Positions 47,260-56,142 of a stretch of DNA of 64,000 bases are shown one piece after another. Location: positions 96,001-160,000 of the IMG/VR virus record IMGVR_UViG_3300002835_000001. The stretch is one strand, 5' to 3'. How positions within the stretch are numbered: position 1 is the first letter of the stretch; the number at the start of each line of letters is the position of its first letter. Origin of the DNA: a virus (Duplodnaviria; Caudoviricetes). Under the pieces are notes generated by a model. That model was not told where the DNA came from, searched no databases, and saw only the letters and a list, made by a program, of their open reading frames with translations. The translations under genes were made by a program, and so were the position numbers.

Positions 47260-48113
47260 CTTTTAATATAATTTGATAAGTCCATCGTTAAAATTGCATT
47301 ATTGATTTGTGGTGGAACTTTATATTCGTTAAATGTACCATCTTCTTTTAATAAAACAATAACATTTCCCAATATCTTTGTATCTTCAAACTTGGTACCC
47401 TTTAACATTTTTAATAATAACCTACCATATAATGGTAATTGTAAGAAATAATGACCTAATGCATTATCATGGTAATTGTTAAATGGTGGATATAATTTAC
47501 CCGTATAATGTTGAACCTCAAAGTTCTTTGGTTGATTTGTTTTCCAATCTGTGGTAACGAATCCAAAGTTGGTTTTCTCTTTGTTCATCATTAACCACAC
47601 TTTATCTGGTTGACCAGTATATTGTTCTTCAGGGTCCCCCAATACAATCTCAGTATCCAATAATACTCCACCTCGTTCTAACATTAAATCAAGGAATTGT
47701 TTTCCCGCAATAATCATATTATCACTCTTACGTTGTTGTTCCTCATTAATGTTAAAGATTGGTTCTCTAACTGATTTGTAATTCCCGAATCGAGAAATCG
47801 TATCACTTTCTAATTCAAAGTGAACACGACTACCCATATTGGTTGATAGGTCACCTGCTCGTTTCCATTCCGCAAGCAATTCTGCTTGCCCCTCAGGGTC
47901 ACCTTTAGACATTTTTAATGCCATACCTTCAGCATCAAATGCTTTATGAAATTTCTTTATAATCTTAGATACTGACGGGAAATTTTTCTTCACCACACCA
48001 TCCACATCTTTCATAAAATAGATGTGTTCTTCCTCAATAAAAGTCAATTCAATTTCTTTTCTTCTTTGTTCTAATAAATCCTTAATCTCTAATGAGATGT
48101 CGTTTAAATTCAT
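47253..48113 (-). CDS. PD-(D/E)XK exonuclease (RecB/lambda-exo-like)
   Basis: GSRVH...TGQPD...TTDWKTN...YFLQLPLYG. Confidence 0.75.
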   Translation of the reverse strand: MNLNDISLEIKDLLEQRRKEIELTFIEEEHIYFMKDVDGVVKKNFPSVSKIIKKFHKAFDAEGMALKMSKGDPEGQAELLAEWKRAGDLSTNMGSRVHFELESDTISRFGNYKSVREPIFNINEEQQRKSDNMIIAGKQFLDLMLERGGVLLDTEIVLGDPEEQYTGQPDKVWLMMNKEKTNFGFVTTDWKTNQPKNFEVQHYTGKLYPPFNNYHDNALGHYFLQLPLYGRLLLKMLKGTKFEDTKILGNVIVLLKEDGTFNEYKVPPQINNAILTMDLSNYIKRW

Positions 48114-48114
48114 A

Positions 48115-49053
48115 TTAATCAAGTTGTTTTAATTTATAATCGGTAAGGTCTCCCTGTAAATCAGCAATATCCTTATCTCCCTCTAATTTTACAATCCAAA
48201 CCTTTCCCATTAATTTACCACAATTAAGTTTGTGATATAACTTTTCTGCATCTGCCCATGCGTCTGGGTCCAACACTATTACTATTTTTTTTGCTTTCTC
48301 GTATAAAACACTAAACAAATATTCACTCATAAACTTACCTAACATGGGTATTGAGTTTGGTATGAATATACTATCGAACGCACCCTCAACCAAATAAATT
48401 GTTTCATCCCAATTAACTAAGTATTCATTAAAGATGAGTATTTCTTTTTGTGCTTCAGGATTCTTATATTTCATTCTAGGGTTATACAAGTATGAACGTG
48501 CCACAAAATAATTTATGTTATGATTTAAATCATATGATGGTATAATGATTCTATTTTCATACTCACCACTATAACAAAATCCAATACTATACATTTGTAA
48601 CATCATATCGGTGATGTTTCTTTTTTTAATGTATTGAAAAGCTTGTCGATATTGTGGTGTCATTTTAAGACCATTACTGGCGTCCTTAAATGCAACAAAC
48701 TCTTTGGGTAATTTTACAGGTTTATATACTCTTTTATTATCCTCATCATCTTCGGGTTTTAATAAAAGATAATTTTTTAATTGTTTCTTATTACCCCATT
48801 TTTTAATCAACTTATATATTGACCCGTGAGTTTCATGTGTTTCGGCACAAACCCAACACTTATATACACCATATTTGTAGTTAACTTCTAAATTACCTTT
48901 ACCATCCCCATGCTCTAATCCCTTAATATCGTGAGAACAGATTGGGCAGTCAAACGATATTTGACCTTTATAGTCACTATGTGATTTGTAATCCCCCAAA
49001 ATATCTTCGAGGATTTCAACAACAGCGGAATAATCTACTTCATTTTCGGTCAT
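48115..49053 (-). CDS. DNA primase (Zn finger + TOPRIM)
   Basis: CPIC...CWVC; RIIIPSYD; LVEGAFDS; VLDPDA; start revised to ATG 49053. Confidence 0.9.
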   Translation of the reverse strand: MTENEVDYSAVVEILEDILGDYKSHSDYKGQISFDCPICSHDIKGLEHGDGKGNLEVNYKYGVYKCWVCAETHETHGSIYKLIKKWGNKKQLKNYLLLKPEDDEDNKRVYKPVKLPKEFVAFKDASNGLKMTPQYRQAFQYIKKRNITDMMLQMYSIGFCYSGEYENRIIIPSYDLNHNINYFVARSYLYNPRMKYKNPEAQKEILIFNEYLVNWDETIYLVEGAFDSIFIPNSIPMLGKFMSEYLFSVLYEKAKKIVIVLDPDAWADAEKLYHKLNCGKLMGKVWIVKLEGDKDIADLQGDLTDYKLKQLD

Positions 49054-49058
49054 ACTCA

Positions 49059-49066
49059 CAAATATA
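49059..49066 (-). promoter_or_regulatory. TATATTTG (-7-type element) upstream of primase
   Basis: 5 nt upstream of ATG, directly after the terminator. Confidence 0.55.
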
Positions 49067-49081
49067 TGTAAAATAAGTGAT

Positions 49082-49116
49082 AAAAAAAAATCCCCCGGAA
49101 CACCACCTCCGAGGGA
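49082..49116 (-). terminator. Strong intrinsic terminator
   Basis: TCCCTCGGA-ggtggtgt-TCCGGGGGA 9-bp stem (one G.U pair) followed by T9. Confidence 0.85.
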
Positions 49117-49156
49117 AACCAACCAAAAGTGTATTTCTACACTTCCCGTCTATCTT
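49082..49156 (-). ncRNA. Candidate ~70-nt structured RNA or attenuator
   Basis: TATTTATA motif at 49157-49164, then an AAGTGTA-GAAA-TACACTT hairpin, then the terminator; GC-rich island. Confidence 0.35.
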
Positions 49157-49192
49157 TATAAATATAACCTAAACTATCCGTAAATAAAAATT

Positions 49193-49810
49193 TTAGTTGC
49201 CGGATTTTTCTAATTTATTCATATTAACATAACCAATCACACAACATGCGGCATCCGCCATGTCATAATTTTCTTTTTTCAAATTACCATTAGTACCATA
49301 TAACCAATTTATATCTGGACACACATCATTAACGTGTTCCCAAATCACATGTTTCTTATCAATATCTTTTGGGTATCCTCCAAATAAAACATTACGACCT
49401 TTATCATTTGGTCCAACTAAATCGGGGAACGCAAATTTTCTTGAATTATATGTTGAAATAAATGTCGGTAATACTCCCAACACGTCGTAACAATTCTTTA
49501 AAATTAAAGTATTGTATCGTAACAAAGTTCCAATTGTGTAAACGTTATTTGATTGTAATAATGGTTCCTCAATAATAACACGGGTAATACCTATATTTTT
49601 ATATCCCTCCAAATGTTTTTTGAAGGTGTCCGCTTTTTTGATTAATTCCTCAATCTTATCTTCCGGTAGTGGTTTAATTTTTGGTGAAAAGTGTGTTAAC
49701 TCCAATAACTTAGAACCCGATATATCGAACAACGCAAACCCAATGGTTTTAGTTGAGATATCTAAACCAAGAATTTTAGGTTTGTTTTTAAATTTTACGT
49801 CTATACTCAT
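49193..49810 (-). CDS. RuvC-like Holliday junction resolvase
   Basis: ILGLDISTKTIG...VIIEEP...YDMADA. Confidence 0.8.
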   Translation of the reverse strand: MSIDVKFKNKPKILGLDISTKTIGFALFDISGSKLLELTHFSPKIKPLPEDKIEELIKKADTFKKHLEGYKNIGITRVIIEEPLLQSNNVYTIGTLLRYNTLILKNCYDVLGVLPTFISTYNSRKFAFPDLVGPNDKGRNVLFGGYPKDIDKKHVIWEHVNDVCPDINWLYGTNGNLKKENYDMADAACCVIGYVNMNKLEKSGN

Positions 49811-49846
49811 ATTAAAAGTTAATTTAAAAATGACAAAATGTAAAGC

Positions 49847-51445
49847 TTAGAAATCTATTTTTACTTGAATAACTTGTGAACCTAATCTTTCTAGTGGGGT
49901 TACTAATTTACCAAATACCAAAGCTTCTTTATTTGAATTTAATAAAGCAACTTCTGTAATTCTTGGGTTACCCGCCTTAGTTGGGTTTTGTGATGTTACA
50001 AATTTACCTGTTGGTAAATTGGCGTTAAATATCATTTCAGCAATATCAGTTGATCTTACAACACTTACATTGCCTGGAAATGTTCTTTGATTACCAAAAT
50101 ATGGTGTAACACTTGTTGATGTGTAATCTGTACCTGTAACATAATCTGATAATACAAAGGTAGTTGCCGCATTATAAGCCGCTTGGGTAATTGTATATGT
50201 ATAACCTGACGATAAATGACTAGTAAATGATGTTCCATTATCTGTGGTAAAATCCATTAATTTCCAAGATTCAGGATTAGGTTTAGTACCATTATTTACT
50301 ATTTGTGCTAAAATGTGAAATTCATTTGCCGTGTATCCGTTATTTAAATTTGTAAAATCATTACTATTAAATTTAACTGCAATACTATGTGGTATTGTTT
50401 GTCCGGTGACTTTCATAAAGTAATTACATGGTAAACCATTTAAGGTGGAGCCAGTTCCATTTGATAACATATATGTTACATATATTGTTTTACCTGTTGT
50501 CAAATCCATTAACGGACTGTTAGTTACTACCGCATTTACTTTTGGTGCCGTTAATGTATAATTTCTTTTTGAGTTAACATCTAAAGCTGCAACAATTTCT
50601 TCATCGTCGAATACTATTGTTTTGTGATTATAAAATATCTTTCCTACTCTATTTGCAGTTGTTCCTGTACCATCAACTAAGTCTCTGTAATCAATTGTGA
50701 ATCTTGAATGATAGTTAGATACCATCTGTTTAGTTGTTCCGCTCATGTAGAATGTTGCTCCGGCACTTGATGAGTGGTTTCTATGATACATTAATGTTGG
50801 TATTGTTACCTTAAAATAATCTTTATCTGATAATGAATTTGGATTTGGTGAGGTGTTTCCTGTGATTTGTGTACTTATATAATCGTCGTATTTAAAAAAT
50901 CTATATGGATCGGCAGTAATACCACTTTGTGTGTAGTGTAATAGTGCAATACATTTTTGTTCTTCGGGGGTTATTGTTACAATTTCATTCATTGTATTAA
51001 CAATAGTTGTTCCCGTATTTTGTGTTTGACCTAATGAAGAGTTGTAACCTAAGAATTCTTTAGTTCCAGTATGTACATTACTAGTGTAACCAGTTAAGGC
51101 TCTTGAGTTTGTTGGTAAACCAATTGGTTTTTGGTCCCATACAACATTTACCGTCCACCCACTATCTGGGTCCATCACATTTCTACACGGTTGTAAAAAT
51201 GACGATTGTACCGGAACACCATATAATGTTGACCCACTATTTGTATACCACAGTGGATATTTTACATTGACGTCTTTATCAAATGGTGCATATACGCTTT
51301 GAGTCGTTATTCCACTATAATTGTATTCTGAATCACCCACAGCAAAATAACTTATTACAAAATTACCTTTTGAAATAGCATCTCTACCTTTCTGTGTTAA
51401 TCTTGCACCTACTGTTGCTGAAAAATTTGTATTTAAGAAACTCAT
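49847..51445 (-). CDS. Baseplate/tail structural protein
   Basis: N-terminal LTQKGRDAISKG...YFAVGDSE and C-terminal ITEVALLN...FGKL resemble fibre-collar/baseplate proteins. Confidence 0.55.
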   Translation of the reverse strand: MSFLNTNFSATVGARLTQKGRDAISKGNFVISYFAVGDSEYNYSGITTQSVYAPFDKDVNVKYPLWYTNSGSTLYGVPVQSSFLQPCRNVMDPDSGWTVNVVWDQKPIGLPTNSRALTGYTSNVHTGTKEFLGYNSSLGQTQNTGTTIVNTMNEIVTITPEEQKCIALLHYTQSGITADPYRFFKYDDYISTQITGNTSPNPNSLSDKDYFKVTIPTLMYHRNHSSSAGATFYMSGTTKQMVSNYHSRFTIDYRDLVDGTGTTANRVGKIFYNHKTIVFDDEEIVAALDVNSKRNYTLTAPKVNAVVTNSPLMDLTTGKTIYVTYMLSNGTGSTLNGLPCNYFMKVTGQTIPHSIAVKFNSNDFTNLNNGYTANEFHILAQIVNNGTKPNPESWKLMDFTTDNGTSFTSHLSSGYTYTITQAAYNAATTFVLSDYVTGTDYTSTSVTPYFGNQRTFPGNVSVVRSTDIAEMIFNANLPTGKFVTSQNPTKAGNPRITEVALLNSNKEALVFGKLVTPLERLGSQVIQVKIDF

Positions 51446-51449
51446 ATTT

Positions 51450-51457
51450 TATAAATA
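51450..51457 (-). promoter_or_regulatory. TATTTATA motif
   Basis: 4 nt upstream of ATG 51445. Confidence 0.55.
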
Positions 51458-51480
51458 TTTTATTATTTTTTTTATGTTAA

Positions 51481-54480
51481 TTATCCAGCCGTATAACAAT
51501 CGGCATTACCTTGACAAGGTCCGTTTGGTCCTGTTCTTGATATTCCTTGAGCGGTACCAATACTTTGATGTGTTGGCCAAGATGATGTGTCAAGTAATGT
51601 TGGTTCTAATTCAGTACACACAGAATATGCATAAACACCTTCGGAAACTTGTACTGATGGTATTCCATTAAATTGAGAGTATGAATCCTCGAATGTTCCA
51701 ACCGCTCTATATCTTACACCATAATTGGTGTCACTAGCATACGCAAGTTCAAGAGTATATGTATAACATTGACCCAGTCCCGTTGTTGGGGTTGGAGTTG
51801 GTGTAGGTGTACTAGTTGTTGTTGGTGTTGGGGTAGCGGTAGGTGGTACCAGTGTCGATGTTGGCGTTGGGGTAGCGGTAGGTGGTACCACAGTTGCTGT
51901 TGGTGTTGGTGTTGCAGTAGGTGGTACCAGCGTTGCTGTTGGTGTTGGTGTTGCAGTAGGTGGTACCAGCGTTGCTGTTGGTGTTGGTGTACTAGTTGGA
52001 CTAGTTGTAGGTGTTGGCGTTGGGGTTGGTGTTGGTGTACTAGTTGATGTTGGTGTTGGTGTGGGCTCAATCACAAGACAATTATATAAATCACTACTAT
52101 AAGACCCTAATGTAAATACACCATATCTTGGATTCAAATGAGCGTATTTACATCGGTTAAAAATATTGTTACCAACTAAATTACCTCCCAACCATAAAGT
52201 TGTTGCAGGTATAAATTGTTCAATAACCTGTACCCAATATGGACTCATCTTATTGATAAATTCATTAACTGAAGCAAAATTGTATGGTATAAAATTTGTA
52301 TTTGTTATATAATCATTGAAAACTTTTTCTAATGGAAAATATGATTTGTTGTATTTTGAAGTATGAGATTCGGTAATTAATTGATTTAACACGTCATCCA
52401 AATATTCTGCAAATGTTAATTCTATTTGTGGTTGTAGTTGTCCACCAAAAGTCAATGATAAATTTCTTGATTGTCTATAAACATCAAAATTAATACCTTG
52501 TGATGGGGATAGATGAACATTTATATTTTTTCTATTTAATGTTAATTTTGATTCATTCTCATTTAAAACTACACTTCCTTTTAAATTGTCTATTCTTGTT
52601 TCTAAATTGAAACCATAATCCAAACCATCTAACGTTCTAAAACTATCAAAATAATCTTCACCATATGTATAATCTTTTGGTTTGGTTTTAATTATTTTTG
52701 TGTTACCAGTTAAAACTGACAATTCAGTATTAATAATGTTTGAAGACCTGTGGTCCAATGTTAAATCATACCAACCCGCTCCTTTTTGGAAATATATGTC
52801 AGAGTTTAAGTTTATTACTTTTCTTGGTAGTCCATTTGAATCTATTGGATATTCTTCTCGACTTAATCTTGTTGTGCCGGTTGTTATTCCTGTTGCAAAA
52901 GTGTAACCAGTTTTTGTGCCTCCTCCCGCAATATTATATGTAATTCCACTTGTTGTGAAACCTGTGATAATATTATTTATTTTAGTTCCTCTAATTACCT
53001 CATCAATATCATCTTCAAAATCTTGTTGTGGTAATCCTGTTACATCATAAACATATTCATCAATTTTTATTAATGGTTCAGGTGCTCCTAAAAATTTTAA
53101 AAAGAATTGTATTGCCGAACGTGTTCCTTTTGATTTATATAATTGAGCTAAGTTTGTTAATATTCTTCTATAAAATTCATATTCAGCTTCAACCAAAGTT
53201 TTACCCAAAGATAATCCAAGGTATTCCGCTTGTTGTCTTGAATATAACGTATCTTGTAATGATTTTTCATCAAACAGATTAACAGTTGATAAACCTAATG
53301 TTTGTGATAAATTCTTTAACAATAAATCAGGTACGTTGTTTATACTATCATAACTTACATTTCTCATGTAAGCAATGTTATCTATATATTTTTTTACCTT
53401 ATCAAAATTTTGACCATATAATTGAAATATTGATTCGGCTTTTTTATCTTCACTATCAAATTCAAATAATTGTGGTGCAGTTAAAAACCTCACAATTAAA
53501 TTTGATTTGTAACCATCTATTTCTTCACCTAAGCTACTTAATTTTTCAATGTAATCATTAAAGTTTACACCAACTATTTGAATGTTCCAATTATCTTTTG
53601 AGACAGGCCAACTGATGTCCACGTTTACAATATTTGTGGATGTTTGGTCAAAACTATCTCTAGGTACTTTAAATGTTGCGGTATACTTTGGTGTTGTTTC
53701 TCTATTAACTAACGTATCTTCTAACTCATCTAAGTTAGTGTAGAACTCTTCAGTAATTGCATCGTTTGGTCTAATTAGAAAACTTTTTGTGATTCCTGTT
53801 GTACCATTAAAAATATTCCCTTCAACTCTAAGTTTTACATTACCATCTGAATTAGTTTCCGTGTAACCAACAATATTGTATGTGTTACCACTAAAATCAA
53901 TTACATACTTTACATAAGATGAATAAAAACTTCTAATAATATTATCCGTTGAGGGTGTAGTATTACTTTTTGGTTTCGTTATTAATATATCAAATGGATT
54001 AAAAAATATAGAAGATGGTGTGTAAAATTGTGTAGTATTGGTAATTGGATTATATGTCGATTGATATGCGGTATAATCGGTAAGATTATATAATGAATTT
54101 TCATCAACTAGTATTGCTGCGGGAAATTTATTTATAATTTTGGAAACTGATACCGACAATCTTTGTTTTAAAGAACCAAATAATGATTTACTTGAGTCAT
54201 CTAAATTTGCTTTAAATTTTATTTTCTCTTTCTTTGCATTGCCACTTTGTGTTGTTGGTGCGTCTTTTTCCTCTTTTAATGTATCTAAAGTAATATATTC
54301 AGAAAATGGTATGGTTTTAAAATCTCTACTATCTTTTTCGGGAATGACTTTATCAATGGCAAAGTTCGTATTAGTCAATTGACTGCTACCATCGGTAGTT
54401 TGTCTACCAACTAAATTGTCACTAAACGTTTCCGCACCTGACGCAGCTTGACTCGGAACTTTGTATCTTGTTACTGCCAT
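51481..54480 (-). CDS. Baseplate wedge-like protein with a Pro-Thr linker and Cys-rich C-terminal domain
   Basis: RILTNLAQLYKSKGTRSAIQFFL resembles the P2 gpI/baseplate wedge motif. Confidence 0.6.
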   Translation of the reverse strand: MAVTRYKVPSQAASGAETFSDNLVGRQTTDGSSQLTNTNFAIDKVIPEKDSRDFKTIPFSEYITLDTLKEEKDAPTTQSGNAKKEKIKFKANLDDSSKSLFGSLKQRLSVSVSKIINKFPAAILVDENSLYNLTDYTAYQSTYNPITNTTQFYTPSSIFFNPFDILITKPKSNTTPSTDNIIRSFYSSYVKYVIDFSGNTYNIVGYTETNSDGNVKLRVEGNIFNGTTGITKSFLIRPNDAITEEFYTNLDELEDTLVNRETTPKYTATFKVPRDSFDQTSTNIVNVDISWPVSKDNWNIQIVGVNFNDYIEKLSSLGEEIDGYKSNLIVRFLTAPQLFEFDSEDKKAESIFQLYGQNFDKVKKYIDNIAYMRNVSYDSINNVPDLLLKNLSQTLGLSTVNLFDEKSLQDTLYSRQQAEYLGLSLGKTLVEAEYEFYRRILTNLAQLYKSKGTRSAIQFFLKFLGAPEPLIKIDEYVYDVTGLPQQDFEDDIDEVIRGTKINNIITGFTTSGITYNIAGGGTKTGYTFATGITTGTTRLSREEYPIDSNGLPRKVINLNSDIYFQKGAGWYDLTLDHRSSNIINTELSVLTGNTKIIKTKPKDYTYGEDYFDSFRTLDGLDYGFNLETRIDNLKGSVVLNENESKLTLNRKNINVHLSPSQGINFDVYRQSRNLSLTFGGQLQPQIELTFAEYLDDVLNQLITESHTSKYNKSYFPLEKVFNDYITNTNFIPYNFASVNEFINKMSPYWVQVIEQFIPATTLWLGGNLVGNNIFNRCKYAHLNPRYGVFTLGSYSSDLYNCLVIEPTPTPTSTSTPTPTPTPTPTTSPTSTPTPTATLVPPTATPTPTATLVPPTATPTPTATVVPPTATPTPTSTLVPPTATPTPTTTSTPTPTPTPTTGLGQCYTYTLELAYASDTNYGVRYRAVGTFEDSYSQFNGIPSVQVSEGVYAYSVCTELEPTLLDTSSWPTHQSIGTAQGISRTGPNGPCQGNADCYTAG
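51780..52070. repeat. Pro-Thr repeat including four 39-nt tandem units
   Basis: (A/S)T(L/V)[10 protein letters not shown] x4 flanked by TP runs. Confidence 0.9.
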
Positions 54481-55400
54481 TATTCTGTAATATTACCTAA
54501 ATTTAAAGTTTCGTCAATACTTTCTCTTTCCTCACGAACCTCATATAGTGTTTCATTAAATTCGTCCTTAACTTCGTATAGGTTGTATTGTTTATAGATA
54601 TTTTTATTGTTATCGTAGATTGTGTAGATACCTGGAGTAATCGCCTTAGTTTGGTCACCATAAAGTGCGTGTGCCAATGTAGACGCATCATGTTCTACCA
54701 TTTCAACCTCAACGGTTGTTGGATTAAAGAATGTATTTGTTAATATAATCTTTTGTCCTGGGTCACCAATAAACGGAATAACGTTTGGTCTACTTGATGG
54801 TGCGGATGATGGTGTCACTGTTACAAATATAAATGATGTTGCTTGGTCTGTGTATTGGTATCTAACCGCCTTATCAGATGAGTTACTTAAATTCGATGTT
54901 ACAGGTGAACAATAAAACGAAGATGTTACCATTCTATAAAAGTTAGGTATTTTTGTTTTATTATCAGATGCGTTTACGTATTCAACTCTATATCCTACCA
55001 ATCCTTGTGGTGTAAATTTACCTCTATCTGCGGTAGGAACGTTTGAAGTATTAATAACCAATCCTCTTACTGATGGTAATGATGCTAACACACCACAATC
55101 CGCAATAGTTGTTCTAATTTGTTTTGGTCTAATGTGTAGTGTATAAATTCCCAATTTCGAGAAATCACTTGCCTCAAGTTTTAAATTATACAAGCCACCT
55201 AATATTTCATTATTGGGTGCACTTGAATCATTTGTAGTATTTGCATTATGAAAAACCGGTGTTAAAACCTTTTCAGATACTAATTTTTTTAATTCAACCG
55301 GTGCGGTTGCCGCCCTACCCGATGTGAAATGATAGAAAATATCCACATCTGCGGGAGAAACGTCCGCCGGTCTAACTATACCATAACTTCCAACTGCCAT
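54480..55400 (-). CDS. Putative baseplate/tail structural protein
   Basis: 306 aa, coupled to 51481..54480. Confidence 0.55.
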   Translation of the reverse strand: MAVGSYGIVRPADVSPADVDIFYHFTSGRAATAPVELKKLVSEKVLTPVFHNANTTNDSSAPNNEILGGLYNLKLEASDFSKLGIYTLHIRPKQIRTTIADCGVLASLPSVRGLVINTSNVPTADRGKFTPQGLVGYRVEYVNASDNKTKIPNFYRMVTSSFYCSPVTSNLSNSSDKAVRYQYTDQATSFIFVTVTPSSAPSSRPNVIPFIGDPGQKIILTNTFFNPTTVEVEMVEHDASTLAHALYGDQTKAITPGIYTIYDNNKNIYKQYNLYEVKDEFNETLYEVREERESIDETLNLGNITE

Positions 55401-55411
55401 ATTATTTTATT

Positions 55412-55419
55412 AATAAATA
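55412..55419 (-). promoter_or_regulatory. TATTTATT motif
   Basis: 11 nt upstream of ATG 55400. Confidence 0.45.
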
Positions 55420-55425
55420 TAAATC

Positions 55426-56058
55426 TTATTGTTTTTTAACGTTAAAAAATCCATTTCCATAGACACTTAATTCACCCATGTTATCAATTTCACCTAATCT
55501 AAAGTTCATTTCCATTACTCCCTGTTTACCTCTCTCCACAAAAACGTCAGAATAAACCCTTGGTTGTTCAATAAATCCAAGAAAATGTTCGTTTCTTGTC
55601 AACATATTATTAATTATAAACTCCGTAGCAAATTCTGTTGTGTTACCAGTTACGTAATTTGGATTTTGAAATGCGATCGATCCGGAAGAAAAATAATTGG
55701 GTATGCTGCCGGTAATCATGGTATAATTAGTTGGAAAATCCATATAGTATAGACTATTAAGGGTATATCCAGTGAAATACGATCCACTATATAAAGATCC
55801 AGTATCTAAATTTTGTGTATATCCTGTTAATCCATATTTTTTTAATTCAGTCAATCTACTGGTCCCAATAGCCATAAATGTAAATTTTTTATGTGTACCC
55901 ATCTTTTGAGGGAGTACCCCTCCTTTTAAATCTTCAATAGACCCACTAATAAAGTCTAAATTTTCACCATACGACTGTCCTCCACCTGGTAGGGTGTCAG
56001 ACGAAATATTCGTATAAGGTAAAGTGAATCCAGTTAAAGTTCCAAAGTAGGTTGCCAT
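55426..56058 (-). CDS. Putative structural protein
   Basis: 210 aa in the structural cluster. Confidence 0.6.
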   Translation of the reverse strand: MATYFGTLTGFTLPYTNISSDTLPGGGQSYGENLDFISGSIEDLKGGVLPQKMGTHKKFTFMAIGTSRLTELKKYGLTGYTQNLDTGSLYSGSYFTGYTLNSLYYMDFPTNYTMITGSIPNYFSSGSIAFQNPNYVTGNTTEFATEFIINNMLTRNEHFLGFIEQPRVYSDVFVERGKQGVMEMNFRLGEIDNMGELSVYGNGFFNVKKQ

Positions 56059-56142
56059 ACACTAGTAAATATCTTTAGATATTTTTTACTAAAATATAAC
56101 TAATAAAATACCATAAATAAAGGTTAAACAACCCAACTAAAA

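Noticed and set aside
47253-48113. Cas4 / CRISPR adaptation gene
   Set aside because: PD-(D/E)XK motif present but no Fe-S cysteine cluster and no CRISPR context; fits a recombination exonuclease
51780-52070. CRISPR-like array (also considered for 58966..59630)
   Set aside because: Repeats are in-frame coding Pro-Thr units without unique spacers or palindromic repeats; no cas genes
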